From the NCBI GenBank assembly GCA_009103225.1, contig RHPI01003516.1, forward strand, positions 148,062-212,061: DNA of 64,000 nucleotides. The letters run 5' to 3'. Of the stretch, positions 33,758 through 45,565 are shown in pieces. Within the stretch, counting starts at the first letter, position 1. Each line of letters opens with the position of its first letter. A program made the translations under genes and the position numbers. The DNA comes from Chlorokybus atmophyticus (Eukaryota; Plantae; Mesostigma and Chlorokybus algae). The notes below the pieces were generated by a model. The model did not search any database. It worked only from the letters and a program-made list of their open reading frames with translations, and had not been told where the DNA came from.

Positions 33758-36700
33758 TGCTTGGTTGAAAGCATTACAAGGTCACCCTCCTCGAACACAA
33801 CATCCTTGCGACGCGCATCGGCGTATTGCTTTTGCCGGTTTTGCGCCACAAGCAGAGCCTCTCGAGCTGCCTTGGTAATGTCGGCACACCATTCAAGAAA
33901 GCCGTCCACGGCCTCCACATCTGAACTTTGCATGCTAGGCACCCACGCCGTCAATGGCGTCAATGGATGTTGCCCATAGTTCATAAGGAAAGGTGTCACG
34001 CCCGTGCTTGCACTCTTGTGGTTGTTAATGGTGAACTCAATCAGCTCCAGCATGTCTCCCCAATTGTCTTGGCGGCTGTTCACATAGCACCGTAGCATGT
34101 CTTCGATGACGCGGTTGGCGCGCTCCGTTTGGCCGTCCGTTTCAGGGTGGTACGCGGTGCTGAACTTCAAGCTCGTGCCTAGAGTTGCGTGGAGAGCTCT
34201 CCAAAAGTTGCCAGTAAACCGCGGGTCTCTATCACTGATAATGCTTCTTGGAAGGCCATGAGAGCGCACCACATGCTTGATGAACAACTTGGCAGCCTCG
34301 GGAGCTGTGCAAGTCTCCGTACATGGCGCCAATCGCACCATTTTGCTAGTCTTGTCCACAAACACCAAGATAGCATCATGCCCTTCACGTGTCCGTGGCA
34401 GCCCCGTGATGAAGTCAAGAGTAACTTGCTCCCACTTCGTCAAAGGTATCGGCAATGGTTGGAGCAGCCCACTGGCGCGTTGATTGCTCGCCTTCACCCT
34501 TTGACAAGTGTCGCACAATGCCACATAGTCCTTAACGTCACGATGCATCTCCGACCAGAAAAATTTCTGTTTCAACAAGGCTAGTGTCCGTTCCAGCCCT
34601 TGATGACCAGCCATTGGCACATCATGCGCTTCCTTCATCAATGCCACGCGCATGTGCGCAATGTTGGGTATGTACATGCGATCGCCATGCCATAGCAGCC
34701 CGTCCTTCAATGCCCAAAGGCCGCTATGTTCAGTCCCATTCTCCAACGCCTCAATGGTCTTCTCCCCCACCGCGTCCTCATGCAATAAGGCACGGATCTG
34801 GTCAAGCCACTTGGGCTGCACTTGCACCACCGTTTCAAGCGCGTTGAGTTGACGGCTTAATGCGTCCGCAACCTTATTTGAAGAGCCCGGCTTGTACTTC
34901 ACTTCAAAGTCGAAGAGTTGGAAGAACTCGAGCCAACGAGCTTGCCGCCGTGAGAGGTGAGGCTGCGTTTGAAGGTACCTTAATGGCGAGTGGTCCGTCT
35001 CAAGTGTGAACCGCTTGCCTTCAAGGAAACAACGCCATTGCCGTAGCGCTAGCACCTGCGCCAGCAATTCCTTCTCATGAACGGGGTAGTTGAGCTCAGC
35101 CCCGCTCATCTTCTTGCTGAAATAGGCCACCGGTTGCAAGCCGTTGCCGTGATCCTGCTGCAAAACAGCCCCAATAGCCTTGTCGGACGCATCACACGCC
35201 ACCACAAAGGGCAATTGCATGTTGGGATGCAGCAGCACGGGAGCCGATGTCAGGGCCTCTTTCAAGTCGGAAAATGCCTTTGTTGCAGCCTCCGACCAGC
35301 TCCAAGCCACCCCCTTCCTCAACAATGCCGTCAATGGTGCCGCCAAGTGCGAAAAGCCCTTTACAAACTTACGATAGTAGCCGGCAAGCCCTAGGAACGA
35401 CATGACACCCTTCACGTCCTTCGGGGCAGCCCAATCGCGCACCGCGGCAAGCTTGCTTGGATCTGCCTTGATTCCTTGCTTGGATACAATGTGGCCAAGG
35501 TATTCTACCTCTTCAAGCAAGAAGCGGCACTTGTTGAGCTGAGCAAACAACTTGTGTGTACGTAAACGCTGCATCACCTCGTGTAGCAATGCCACGTGCT
35601 CTCTCTTGCTCTTTGTGTACACAAGGATGTCGTCGAGGTACACTAGCACGCCCTTGCCAATCAGATCAGCAAAGACCTCATTCATCAAGGTTTGAAAGGT
35701 TGCCGGAGCATTTGTCATGCCAAAGGACATCACCAACCACTCATAGTGGCCATAGCGAGTGTTGAAAGCCGTCTTCTCAACGTCTTCGGGCGCAACACGG
35801 ATCTGATGGTAGCCACCAGCTAGGTCCAAGCTTGAGAAGAACTCAGCACCCTCGAGCTGCTCCAACAACTCATCAATGCGTGGCAAAGGGAACACATTCT
35901 TCTTGGTGATGTTGTTGAGTGGCCGATAGTCGATGCACATGCGCAAGGCTCCGCTCTTCTTACGTACAAATAGGATAGGTGCACCGTAAGGAGACTTGCT
36001 GTGCCTGATGTACCCACGTTGTAGAAGGTCCTCGACTTGGCTCCTCGCCTCTTCGAGTTCAGCCGGAGACAACTTGTACACCGGTCGGTACGGCGGCTTG
36101 TGCACGCCCTCTATCAGTTCCACACGGTGATCAACACTTCGCGTGGGTGGCAGACCAGCTGGTAGCCCATCCACCATGACGTCTTTGAACTCTTCAAGCA
36201 ACCTCTGCACCTCGGGGTCCTTCGAACTCTCCGAACCAGTGCCGACCAGCTCCAAGTCCGACTTGGGAGGTGTCTCACGCACCATGCACAGCCATGCATC
36301 CTTCACATTGTTCCCGGACCAGATCTGCTCCATCTTGGTCTTAGAAACTTGTGACACCAGCTCTGGAACCCCTCCCCTTGAGCTAGAAGCATGTTGTGGT
36401 GCAGCTTGCTGGCGCGCCGTCGTGTCGTGCGCGTCACGCGCATGCAGCACATTGCTAGCAGCCTCGACGCAGCTCACACGCTCTTGAACCACACACGCGC
36501 CTTGCATTGAAGCATTGAAGCACATCAAAACCTCACCACCAGCTTCCGGGGTAGTGAGCACCCGCTTCCTCCAATCAATGGCGGGGTTATGTGACCAAAG
36601 CCAAGGCAGCCCCAAAATGCCATCAAAGCCGTTGTTCAGCTCGATGCAGCAAAACCGTAGGCGATCCTTCATCATCCCCACGTGCATTTCAAGCTCTTTG

Positions 36701-37026
36701 CTTTGCTTGGAAGCTCCTCCTGCTGGCGCATAGCCGTCCGCTAGAGCCACCGAGCCGGCATTTGCCCATGACAACCACTTGTGCCGACGCGCAACCTCAC
36801 GACTCATGAAATTGCTGTTCGCGCCGCAATCCACCAGCATCTTGCACTCCATCCATGGCCCATTGCCCTCACGGATCAGAGCCATGACTCCCAACAGCTG
36901 CCTCGCCTTGTCGGGCACTCGAACCATACCGCTTTGCGTTGCCGTTGCGCACATGCCGCCAACCGTCAACAACGCTTCCACGCCAGCCGCTGGACATTCA
37001 ACATCATAGTGAGGCTGCATCACCAC
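33758..37026 (-). CDS. pol: Chromovirus pol (PR-RT-RH-INT), uninterrupted here; probably expressed by -1 frameshift from gag
   Basis: LVDCGANSNF, RMCIDYRPLN, YLDDILVY, VACDASDKAIG, HDVPMAGHQG, CDTCQ, TLDFITGLP, ISDRDPRF, DGQTERAN. Confidence 0.95.
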
Positions 37027-37046
37027 CTCAGCAGGAGCCTCTCCAG

Positions 37047-38093
37047 CTACTGAGGTGAGCCGTTTCCCGGCTGCAACATCTCCTCCTCCACCATGTTCAC
37101 GCGTCCACCGCTGCGAGCGTTGCGGGCATGTGCAGCAGACTTTGCCTTATAGATAGGGCAGTTGGAGCGCACGTGATCAGCAGAAGAGCACTCCCAGCAC
37201 TTCCGAACAGCCTTGGCAGCCTCCCGACCCTTTGGGGCCTTCATAGCAACATGGAGCGCACCCAATTCCATTGGAGTTGGTCCCAAGCCAGCCCCCTGAG
37301 TTGCTGCAGCTCCCGAACCAGCCCCAACAGATGCGTATGAGCGATACGAACCTCCACGGAAGTGATTGTAATGTCCACGATCAGTGTTTTTGGCAGCCCC
37401 CTTGAAGTACAACACGTCCGTGCGCTCAGCAATGCGAATGGCCTCCGCGAGAGTCTTGGCGTCACGAAGCTCAACTTCCTTGCGACAAAGAGTCTTCAAC
37501 CCGCGCGTGTAGCGGTCCAGCTGCTCCTCCTCAGTCATGTTCGGTACAGAGAGCACAAGACGCTGAAACGCAGAGGTATAGGCCATCACGGACTGCGTTT
37601 GCACAAGCGTAGAGAGCTGGTCGCGTGCCGTCTTCACACTCTCCACCGGTACGAACTGTTTCTTCACCTCAGCAGCCAGCTCAGCCACGGTAGTGAAAGG
37701 AACCTCAAGACCAGCTTCCACACGAGCACAACGATGACGCCACCACACAAGTGCAGCTCCCTCAAAGAAAGTAGCAGCCACATCGACACGGAGATGTATA
37801 GGTACCTCGGTGAGCTTTAACCATGTCGAAACGGCAAACACCCACTCCTCCACACAGTCACCGTCCCTCTGACCCTTGAATGGCTTTGGTTTTGGTAGCT
37901 TCACATGACGAGAGGCTGATGGGGCAACCACAGGAGCTGTAACGGGCGTGGACGCGCGCGCTTGCGCCATGGCTTGTTGAAATTGTGCCGCTTGAGCTTG
38001 GGCAGATGCTTGGACACGTTGCAGCTCCTCATGAGCAGCTACCAGCACTTGCTGAAGCTCCACAACACGTGCATCATCCATGGTAGCGTCCAT
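37047..38093 (-). CDS. gag: Chromovirus gag
   Basis: KLPKPKPFKG, capsid-like helices (ARDQLSTLVQTQSVMAYTSAF), PTPMELG, CWECSSADHVRSNC. Confidence 0.93.
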   Translation of the reverse strand: MDATMDDARVVELQQVLVAAHEELQRVQASAQAQAAQFQQAMAQARASTPVTAPVVAPSASRHVKLPKPKPFKGQRDGDCVEEWVFAVSTWLKLTEVPIHLRVDVAATFFEGAALVWWRHRCARVEAGLEVPFTTVAELAAEVKKQFVPVESVKTARDQLSTLVQTQSVMAYTSAFQRLVLSVPNMTEEEQLDRYTRGLKTLCRKEVELRDAKTLAEAIRIAERTDVLYFKGAAKNTDRGHYNHFRGGSYRSYASVGAGSGAAATQGAGLGPTPMELGALHVAMKAPKGREAAKAVRKCWECSSADHVRSNCPIYKAKSAAHARNARSGGRVNMVEEEMLQPGNGSPQ

Positions 38094-38165
38094 AAACAGA
38101 AAAATACCTCACACACCAAAGAGATAGTTAATATCCCCTTAAAACAAGAAACCCAACCCCTCCAA

Positions 38166-38179
38166 GGGCTCCGATACCA
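38166..38179 (-). promoter_or_regulatory. Primer binding site TGGTATCGGAGCCC (tRNAiMet 3' end type)
   Basis: 1 nt from the 5' LTR; one mismatch to the canonical TGGTATCAGAGC. Confidence 0.85.
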
Positions 38180-38180
38180 C

Positions 38181-38820
38181 TGTAACGATGCTCGTGCTCA
38201 CATACACAGCACACAAGTCATACAACACATGTGTGCAGCTGAGCACAATCTTCACACCGGAACCTTGCCTTCACTCGCGCACGCACGCACGCGTCGAGCG
38301 CGCCCACGCACACGAACACTACTACTTCTCACGCCAAGCAAGAACGCAGCAGTGTGCCTTGGACCACAACTCCCTCAAGCATGCACCAGCATACTCACAG
38401 CAGAGAGCAGAAAACAAAGTTGGTTGCATTACACAGGGTTTTTCTGTTTATACAAGCACTAGGAAGAAATAGCCTAATTAAGAGGCATTTCATTATTCAC
38501 TACCAAATCTAAAGGCAGGTCCAAGTGCAGGCTCCCCGCCACGCGCGTTGGGCCTTCGGCGGCTGTGTGACTGTGCAGTCCGCGTCACCTGGCACTGCAC
38601 AGCGCGTGTCCAGTCAGCGGCTGTATTACAACCGCGTGGCAGGTGGGTCACGTCGCCGAATTAGCTGCTGTCGAGCAGGTCGCAGGCGAGTCGCGCGGCA
38701 GCAGGGGCAGGCGCCACATGGGCTTAATAAAGCTCATAAAAGCCCTCATCAAGCCAGCAAAAAAGGCAAAATAAGTACTTTATGTACAATAAAATACAAA
38801 AAATGCCCCAGGCTGTTACA
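38181..38820 (-). repeat. 5' LTR of the chromovirus (640 bp)
   Basis: Near-identical to 18190-18831. Confidence 0.95.
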
Positions 38821-40192
38821 GGGGGGGTCGTCTCAAAAATGTGATGCCAATACACGTCAAGGTTGAACATGCCGCATAGCTTGAGGTGTGCAGTCATGTG
38901 CGTAAATGCCCCTGCTACGTTCTCTATGACCCATGGCTTGCCGCTCAACTGCAATCTTGTTCTCATGGGTGCAATTAGGTTGACGTGATCCCGGCGATCT
39001 CCAACAATGGCTTGTTGACAAGAAGGGATGGCACCACCGAGCGCTTGACATGGAGGACTCGCCCATAATGCATGGTATGGGGACAGGGCGGCGTCTAGTG
39101 CATTCAGCTGACTGAAATTGAATGGGTATGATGGTTGAGGCTTGTTGTCTATGCCCTCAACATCAAAACCTGCCCTGTACAGGCCCATGGCTACTCCACC
39201 CGCGCCGCAAAAAAGGTCCAGTGCACAAGGCATGTAATGTCTGCCGCTTGGGTCGCATGGAGTTCGCGTTAAAAGAAGTGGCGGTGGCTTGGGCCAAGGA
39301 TCCAGCTCTCTCCCAGGCAAGTCCTGCAGTTTCAGGCAAGATTGACCCCCAACGCGAACCATCACTACCTGCATGTCCGAAACAAGGCTCTGCTTTGGGA
39401 ACGCCGCGATGTTCCACTTTTTGATCAAGATGTGGTGCAGCCGTGGATCCTCATTGTAATCGTCGTACTGGATGATATGTTTTCCTATGCCACGGCAAGT
39501 GCTTAAATGAGTACACATATGTACATTGCATACTATGAAGTATATGATTACCTGTATACCTGTATTTGCATCAATTTTGATGATGCGGCCTGAATACCAG
39601 GTGCTCATTCTAGGCTGGTACACCGCAACATGACTTGCCACCAAAGCCTGCCCCTCATAAATGATCTCCTTTCGCCAAGCAGCCAGTGTCGCGACGTCGT
39701 CGACGGCGTCGACAACTGTGTTTCCCTACCATCCATCAGAAGTGAGTTGTTCATGTATGCGCGCACTATTTTGCTGCTTGCAAGGACAGTTGAACTCACT
39801 CTGTGGTCATGATTAACTTGGGCAGTAGTGGACTTGCCGCGGCCATTGCGTGCGAGCTGACGTCGAACCACATTGCACACCTACCCATCTCGATATGCTC
39901 CAGGCCGAGCCCAAGGCAGGTGATCCATAGGCTCGCCGTCCCACTCGAACTTGGAGAGCGAGCAATGCAGGCAAGTGCACTCCTCCCAAAAAAAATCTGG
40001 CCTCATGCATTTTGCCAGCAGTCTGCATTGCCTCACATTGTCTCCCCTGGCCTTGTGGTGCCAGCAGGCTTCATAAAAGCCATACTGCTCACTGTACAGC
40101 TTGCACTTCTCTTCATGCTGTTGCAGACGTTTGTTGTTGCCATTCCTAACCAAATATGCTTTGCAGAAGCTACACACTTTGATGCCGCGCAT
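38821..40192 (-). pseudogene. 5' part of a CACTA cargo gene: Cys-rich N-terminus - Tudor-like domain - bacterial/phage-type C5 DNA methyltransferase
   Basis: GQALVASHVAVYQPRMSTWYSGRIIKIDANTG/KHIIQYDD (Tudor-like). ALDLFCGAGG (I), WASPPCQ (IV, 39045), WVIENV (VI, 38916), KLCGMFNLDVYWHHIFET (VIII). GT-AG introns preserve the frame. TAG at 39881-39883. Confidence 0.88.
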
Positions 40193-40480
40193 GCTGGCGC
40201 CACGCTACCTGGCACACAAACCTTAGAAGCTAATGCACTGGACGGAAGAAGAAAAGGAGCACGTACGCAAATTGTGGAGCATATCCGGTTTGACTTTCCG
40301 GCTTGTTTTGAATCGGGAATTGATGTGTCCTAAACCCTAATTTACGGTGGGCAGTCATAACGGCGGCGACGGCGGCGGTGTCAGCGGCGGCAGCGTGCCT
40401 GCAGGTCTTTGCTTTGGCTGTATGGAAGTTGATTGAAAGTTGCTTGCAGTATGTAAGATGACTGCTCTAATGTTTGTAGC

Positions 40481-43400
40481 ATGAGCTACTTTCGCAGGTG
40501 TTTTTGCCGCGACCGCAAAGGGAGCAAAGTGTTCACACACAACCACATTAGAAGGGCTGAATATCATAAAAACTTTGGCAAAAACATGTGGTGTGGCACT
40601 CCAGAAGCTGTTGCTCCTGAATACCGTGACCGACTACAACCCCATGAACTTGAAGAAGCTGATGCTGCTGTTGCTGCTGCATCCTTACACATGTCGTCAG
40701 GTACAAGAGCAACTTCTCTACAGCTGTGAATCTATACAACAGGCTGTCTGATCATTGATCTGGCTTGCCCCAGGTGAAGCTCTCTATGACACCGAACAAT
40801 TGCTAGTTGGGAACGACGCTACTAAACATGTTGACACATGCACGGCGTTGCAACCGAGTGTTGAATCTCCTTTCAATGTTGCAGCAAACTTGCAACCAGC
40901 AGGTGCGACCTGACTTGCGTGGCATGTTGACATTGCTGATGCCGTGCCTCTCATTGTTCATGTGCCACTAGACTCATTGCAGCTGGCAGGTTGTAATCCG
41001 TGTGCTCATGAAGGGCAATGTGCTTATGGAGAACAACGCGGATCTCACCCAGCATTTTGTGGAATTGAGAACGCTACATTGCAAGAGCATCAAGGTGCCA
41101 GAACCAAATCCACAAATGGACAAGTAGAACCTGAGACGCCAGTGCACTGCACACCTCCACTGCTGAGCAAGTCAATGCGGAGCAAGGTGATGCGGAGCAA
41201 GGTGATGTGGCCGGCGAAGACCAAGACTATGAAACTGATGTGGAATCGCAGCCGGACGAGGCTGAATGCGTTGATGATGCCATGCTACTTGACAAGGTAA
41301 AAGCTGCGTTGCTGGATAATGCAAGCAACCTTGTTGTTTTCGGCTCTCGTACAACCCCTCTAGGCATTTTCATGCTGCTATTAGTTCTGGCGCAGCTACA
41401 TCGAATACCCTTCAATTTTATGAATAAGCTGCTTAGGTTGGTGGGCAAATTATACTGCTAACTGCTGAAACATCAGCCTGTTTAGAACTGATGTGTTTCT
41501 GTGTGCCAGGTTGTTGCATGGCATCCTCTTGCCTAAGGAGAATAAGATGCCAGGCAGCATGCACGAGCTATTGAAATGCCTTGAAGGCCTCAACATGGGC
41601 TTCCACACATACGATGCCTGTCGCTGTGATCGCATGTTGTATTGTGGCCGACATGCCAACAGGATACTTTGCAAAGGTGAGCAATTGATGTAAACTTTCA
41701 CTACAATGGGATTTGATTAGCATGTCCCATTTGCATACGACTTGCTTATGCAGTCTGCAAGGCCCCTCGCTACCGCAACATAGGAGGTAGACAAGTTGCA
41801 TGGAAGATTGGGCGTTACTTTGACATGCCTGCTGCGCTAAGGGCTCCTACCCAAAACCTAGTGTTGCTGCAGAGATGATGGCGCACACAAATCGAAGTCA
41901 GGATGGGATTATGCGATCTATACACGGTAACATTGCCAAGTTCAGTGGTAAATGAGGCACGACTGTGTGCATGATTATGTTGGTAAGCGGCTGGGGCAGT
42001 CCAATGTAAGCCCTCAGTGTCCGTGCCTTGTGCTTTTGTGTGCGTGGCGCTGAGGCGGCATGTAAGACCTCGGTGTCCTTCCCTGTGTTTGTTTCTGTGT
42101 CGGCGAGGTGCTGGGGCGGTATGTAAGACCTCAGTATCCAGCCTTGCAATTGTATGCATGTTTAAATGTATTGTGGAGCTGGGGCAGTTGGTCATAAGCC
42201 CTTGGTGTACTTGCTGCTGTCAGACTCGCCAATGTTCAAGGACACTGAAAAACGCTACAGCCGGTTTGCCAAAGAACCACGCAATGTGCGCCTAGCAATG
42301 TTCATCGACGGGATGAGCCCGTTCAAAGATCCGCACAAAGGTATAAAAGAGCATTTTTAATCCTGTATGCTCGTTGCAGTGTAACTGTACGGATGGCAGC
42401 AAAGGGTTTGTTAACTTGCAGGGAACTATGAGTTTTGGGTTGTCACAATCTCAGTGTTGAACCTGCCCATTGCCAAGATGCACAAAACAGACACTACATT
42501 TCTAGCTGCTGTAATCCCTGGACCCAAACAGCCAGAGAATCTACAGGCTTATCTCAAGCCAATTATTGACCAGTCGGGAGATCTCTAGAAAGGTATGGTT
42601 TCAACGCAACTAGGATAAGCAGCTTCCATTACTGCAGTCATGCTTGACAAATGCGCATAACTGAGGCATGTAATCTGCTGGCATTTGTTGTAGGTATAGA
42701 CATATATGACAGCCACCTCGACGCAGTTTTTCGTTGCAGATCTATTCTGGAGATTGTAATCCATGATTTCCCAGGTACGCAAGCAGCAGCAGTGTTTGCA
42801 CTTACTGTTATCAGTGTCTGACTGTATCTGTATATCGGACTGTCCTTGCAACTATGGTTGTGGCTACTGAAGTACATCATGTTGGTTGCGCAGCTCTGGC
42901 TGCCTTGCAGATGGCGCATGGAGCCATCTTTGGCTGTTCAAAGTGCGAGTGCAGTGGAGAACATGTGGAACTTCTCAAAAAGGTCATCTATTAAGGCCAC
43001 CGCCGGTACCTACCTGATGACCATCCTTACAGAGTTGATGAGCATTGGCCGCAACCAGAACACAGATCTCCACCACTCATGCGGACTGCAGAGAGCGTGT
43101 ACAGGTGAGCAATCTCAGTTGATTGCGCATTCGGTTGCAGACCATAGGTATGTCAGCAATGGATGCCATGTGATCACGTATGCTATGACATCTCGCAACA
43201 GCAAGCGTCCACTGCACTCCAAGAGACATCCTTCAAAGTCCTCCGGCATCCTTGGACTTAGCTGTTTTCACGACCTTCCATATTGGCTACCGTTACAAAA
43301 ATCTGTCAAAGGTCATGTGGTTGGCCCTATGCACATTTTGGCCAACCTGGCAACCAACTTTGCAAATCTCCTAGCTGGCTTGCGCGACAGCATCGAGTCA

Positions 43401-45470
43401 CGAGAGGATCTGCAGCAGCAAGGCCGCATGCCTGAACTTCGGCTAGAGGTACGTATATAGTCGGCCTCGTTGACATGTACTATAGTTGGATTTAACTAAG
43501 GACTTGAACCTATGTGCTGTAGACAGAGATGAAGATGAAGGATGGAAAGGAAGTCGCAGTCAAGGTAAAACCCCAGGCTCCATGGACAATCACAGATGTA
43601 GGACTGGTTGAGCAATTGCTCTCCGGCGTGAGGGTTTCAAGCACTTTCGGCTCGAAACTGCAGTCTTTTACAAAGCATTTAGGTGAGATAACCGTTACAT
43701 GTTTTGTGTTTACGCTAAAGCAAAAATTTTCCATGCATGGAACTTTTGGCATGGAGCATGCAGGCTCGATGAAATCGCACGACAAGCACAACTTATGGTC
43801 GTTCGTTTTTCAGTACGTGCTGCGCTCTGCACACGACATTGGAGAAGATCAAAAGAGAACCATTTTCAAACTATGCGACATCTATCAACGGCTGACTGCA
43901 TTGGAAGTAAAGCAGTCACACCTCGAAGAATTGAAGGTTGGCTTTAATAACACTTACTGTGCATGCCCAGCTCCTATGGCATGCATAGCTTATTACTTAG
44001 TGCAGGTGCTGGTGCATGAGGCACATACTGAAGTGGAGCTGTTCTTCCCTCGAACTTCTCTCACAATGATGCTGCACCTCCTTGGCCATCTACCAGAGCA
44101 GTGCATGTGGCTTGGTCCAACGCGTGACCACTGGGAGTGGGCACATGAACGCTTTATGCAGTGGGTGAAGCGCATGATATTTGCAAGGCAGCATGTGGAA
44201 GCAAGCATCTGCAGAAGGCAAGTTTTGTGTGAGCCCATTGAGAGTTACGTGCAAACTTTTAACATTGTTTGCCTTGTTCAAGTGCCAGTTGCATCTGCAG
44301 ATACTCTATCCAGCTCATGCTGAACACTTACATGGACACCTTGAAGCGACTTTTCTCCGACATCAGTTTGCGATCGGGCAAGCAACGAGATGATGACGAC
44401 TATGTGCTCTACGAACGGAGACACCGTATCGAGGTTGGGGATAAAGATAGTAAGACAAGGCAGGAGCTCGAGTGGTGGTTGGCTGAAAATGACGATGAAT
44501 ACAGGCTGTTAAAAGAGTAAGTTGCTTTGGGAGTTGCTGTTTTGTACGTGATGTCCAACGCGCAGACAGTATGATGTATTGATGGGTTGCTGCTACACAG
44601 AGAGTTCAGTCGGGAGGTGAACAAACGCAAGATGGCAAGGGAAAGGGCTCAAAAACAAGGACATGTCGTGGCAAAGGACATGGAGCATATGACTGAGCTG
44701 CATCACTGGCGTAGACCTGCTAGGGAGCTTACAAAGCCCGAGATGGAGCTGTTGAGCGGTCCAATCTTTCTAAAGTACACCAAGCGATACTTCAGAGCAC
44801 GCTACAAGGACATCGGTCAGTTCAGAGCAGAGGAAATGGAGCAGAAACTCCGCACCATGGACCGTGGCGTGTTTACCGTTGGGCGTGACTCAGATGACCC
44901 AACCAAGAAGATCCATTGGTATGGCAGGGTGCAATCTTTTTATGTTGTGGTGATAGCTGGTCGGGAGCACTAGCTGCTCAAAGCTAGGTGGTACATGAGC
45001 AACCAAGTCCAGCACAGTGGAGGATTTGCAATCCTAAGAAAAGACAAGCCCCGCTTTGCAGAATAAACCTACCTTGATAGCAACTTGGTAAGTGGCTGTG
45101 TTGCAATCGTTTTGGCGTGTGCTTGGTGTGATGATAGTAAATTGAAATAGTAGTATGAAAATGGCTAATGAATATCCCTTCTTGCTGGCAGGTCAAGGGC
45201 CAATGGTTTGAGGGAATTGATCCCCATGACAACAAAGTAACAGTAGCGCTTGTTAAAGACAGGCGCAGTCTCATGCGTCAAGGCATGCACTGGGACACTC
45301 CGGTAAGAGGAGAGTTAACAACGTTATCCATTAGAATCTGGATGTCCTCATATATCCTGGGTTTTGGCATCACATACAACCATCTTGTGTACTTGGTGCA
45401 GGTTGCCCAAAGCGAAACCAAAAGCGCCTCGAGTGAGGTGTCATGGACCACACGCCGCGACTGGCATTTT
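40481..45470 (+). pseudogene. Multi-exon CACTA TnpD transposase (Transposase_21, DUF4218-like and DUF4216-like regions)
   Basis: LPKENKMPGS...FHTYDAC, RNVRLAMFIDGMSPF, IPGPKQPENLQAYLKPIID, DFPG, HRRYLPDDHPYR, LPYW, MKSHD, HLLGHLPEQ..GP..W..ERF, WYGRVQSF; several stops. Confidence 0.9.
41990..42210 (+). repeat. Four copies (~60-68 bp period) of a GCTGGGGCRG-N-TAAG-CCTCRGTGTCC motif in a TnpD intron
   Basis: Copies start at 41990, 42049, 42110 and 42178. Confidence 0.7.
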
Positions 45471-45565
45471 TAGTACAAGAGGTACTGTTTGCAATTGTGA
45501 TGTCTCTCATATACTCATATCCTACTGTAAACTGTAGACCTGGCCACTGAACCTTTGTTCACAGG

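Larger units (their letters stand above)
18190..38820 (-). mobile_element. Chromovirus-type Ty3/Gypsy LTR retrotransposon (contains nested elements)
   Basis: LTRs at 18190-18831 and 38181-38820 (TGTAAC...GTTACA, about 7 substitutions and one 2-bp indel). TSD GGGGG at 18185-18189 and 38821-38825. PBS, PPT, gag, and pol with a chromodomain. Confidence 0.95.

Noticed and set aside
19244-33818. 61-bp duplication as an unusually long TSD
   Set aside because: The right copy starts at an N join and the DNMT-Gypsy lacks its 3' LTR; a contig overlap explains it better
40232-40340. Short + strand ORF MHWTEEEKEHVRKLW resembling a Myb/SANT first helix
   Set aside because: Only 35 codons, the later helices are absent, and no splice continuation is evident
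40332-40340. Telo-box AAACCCTAA (also at 13523-13531)
   Set aside because: Plausible promoter positions, but isolated 9-mers are not enough to call
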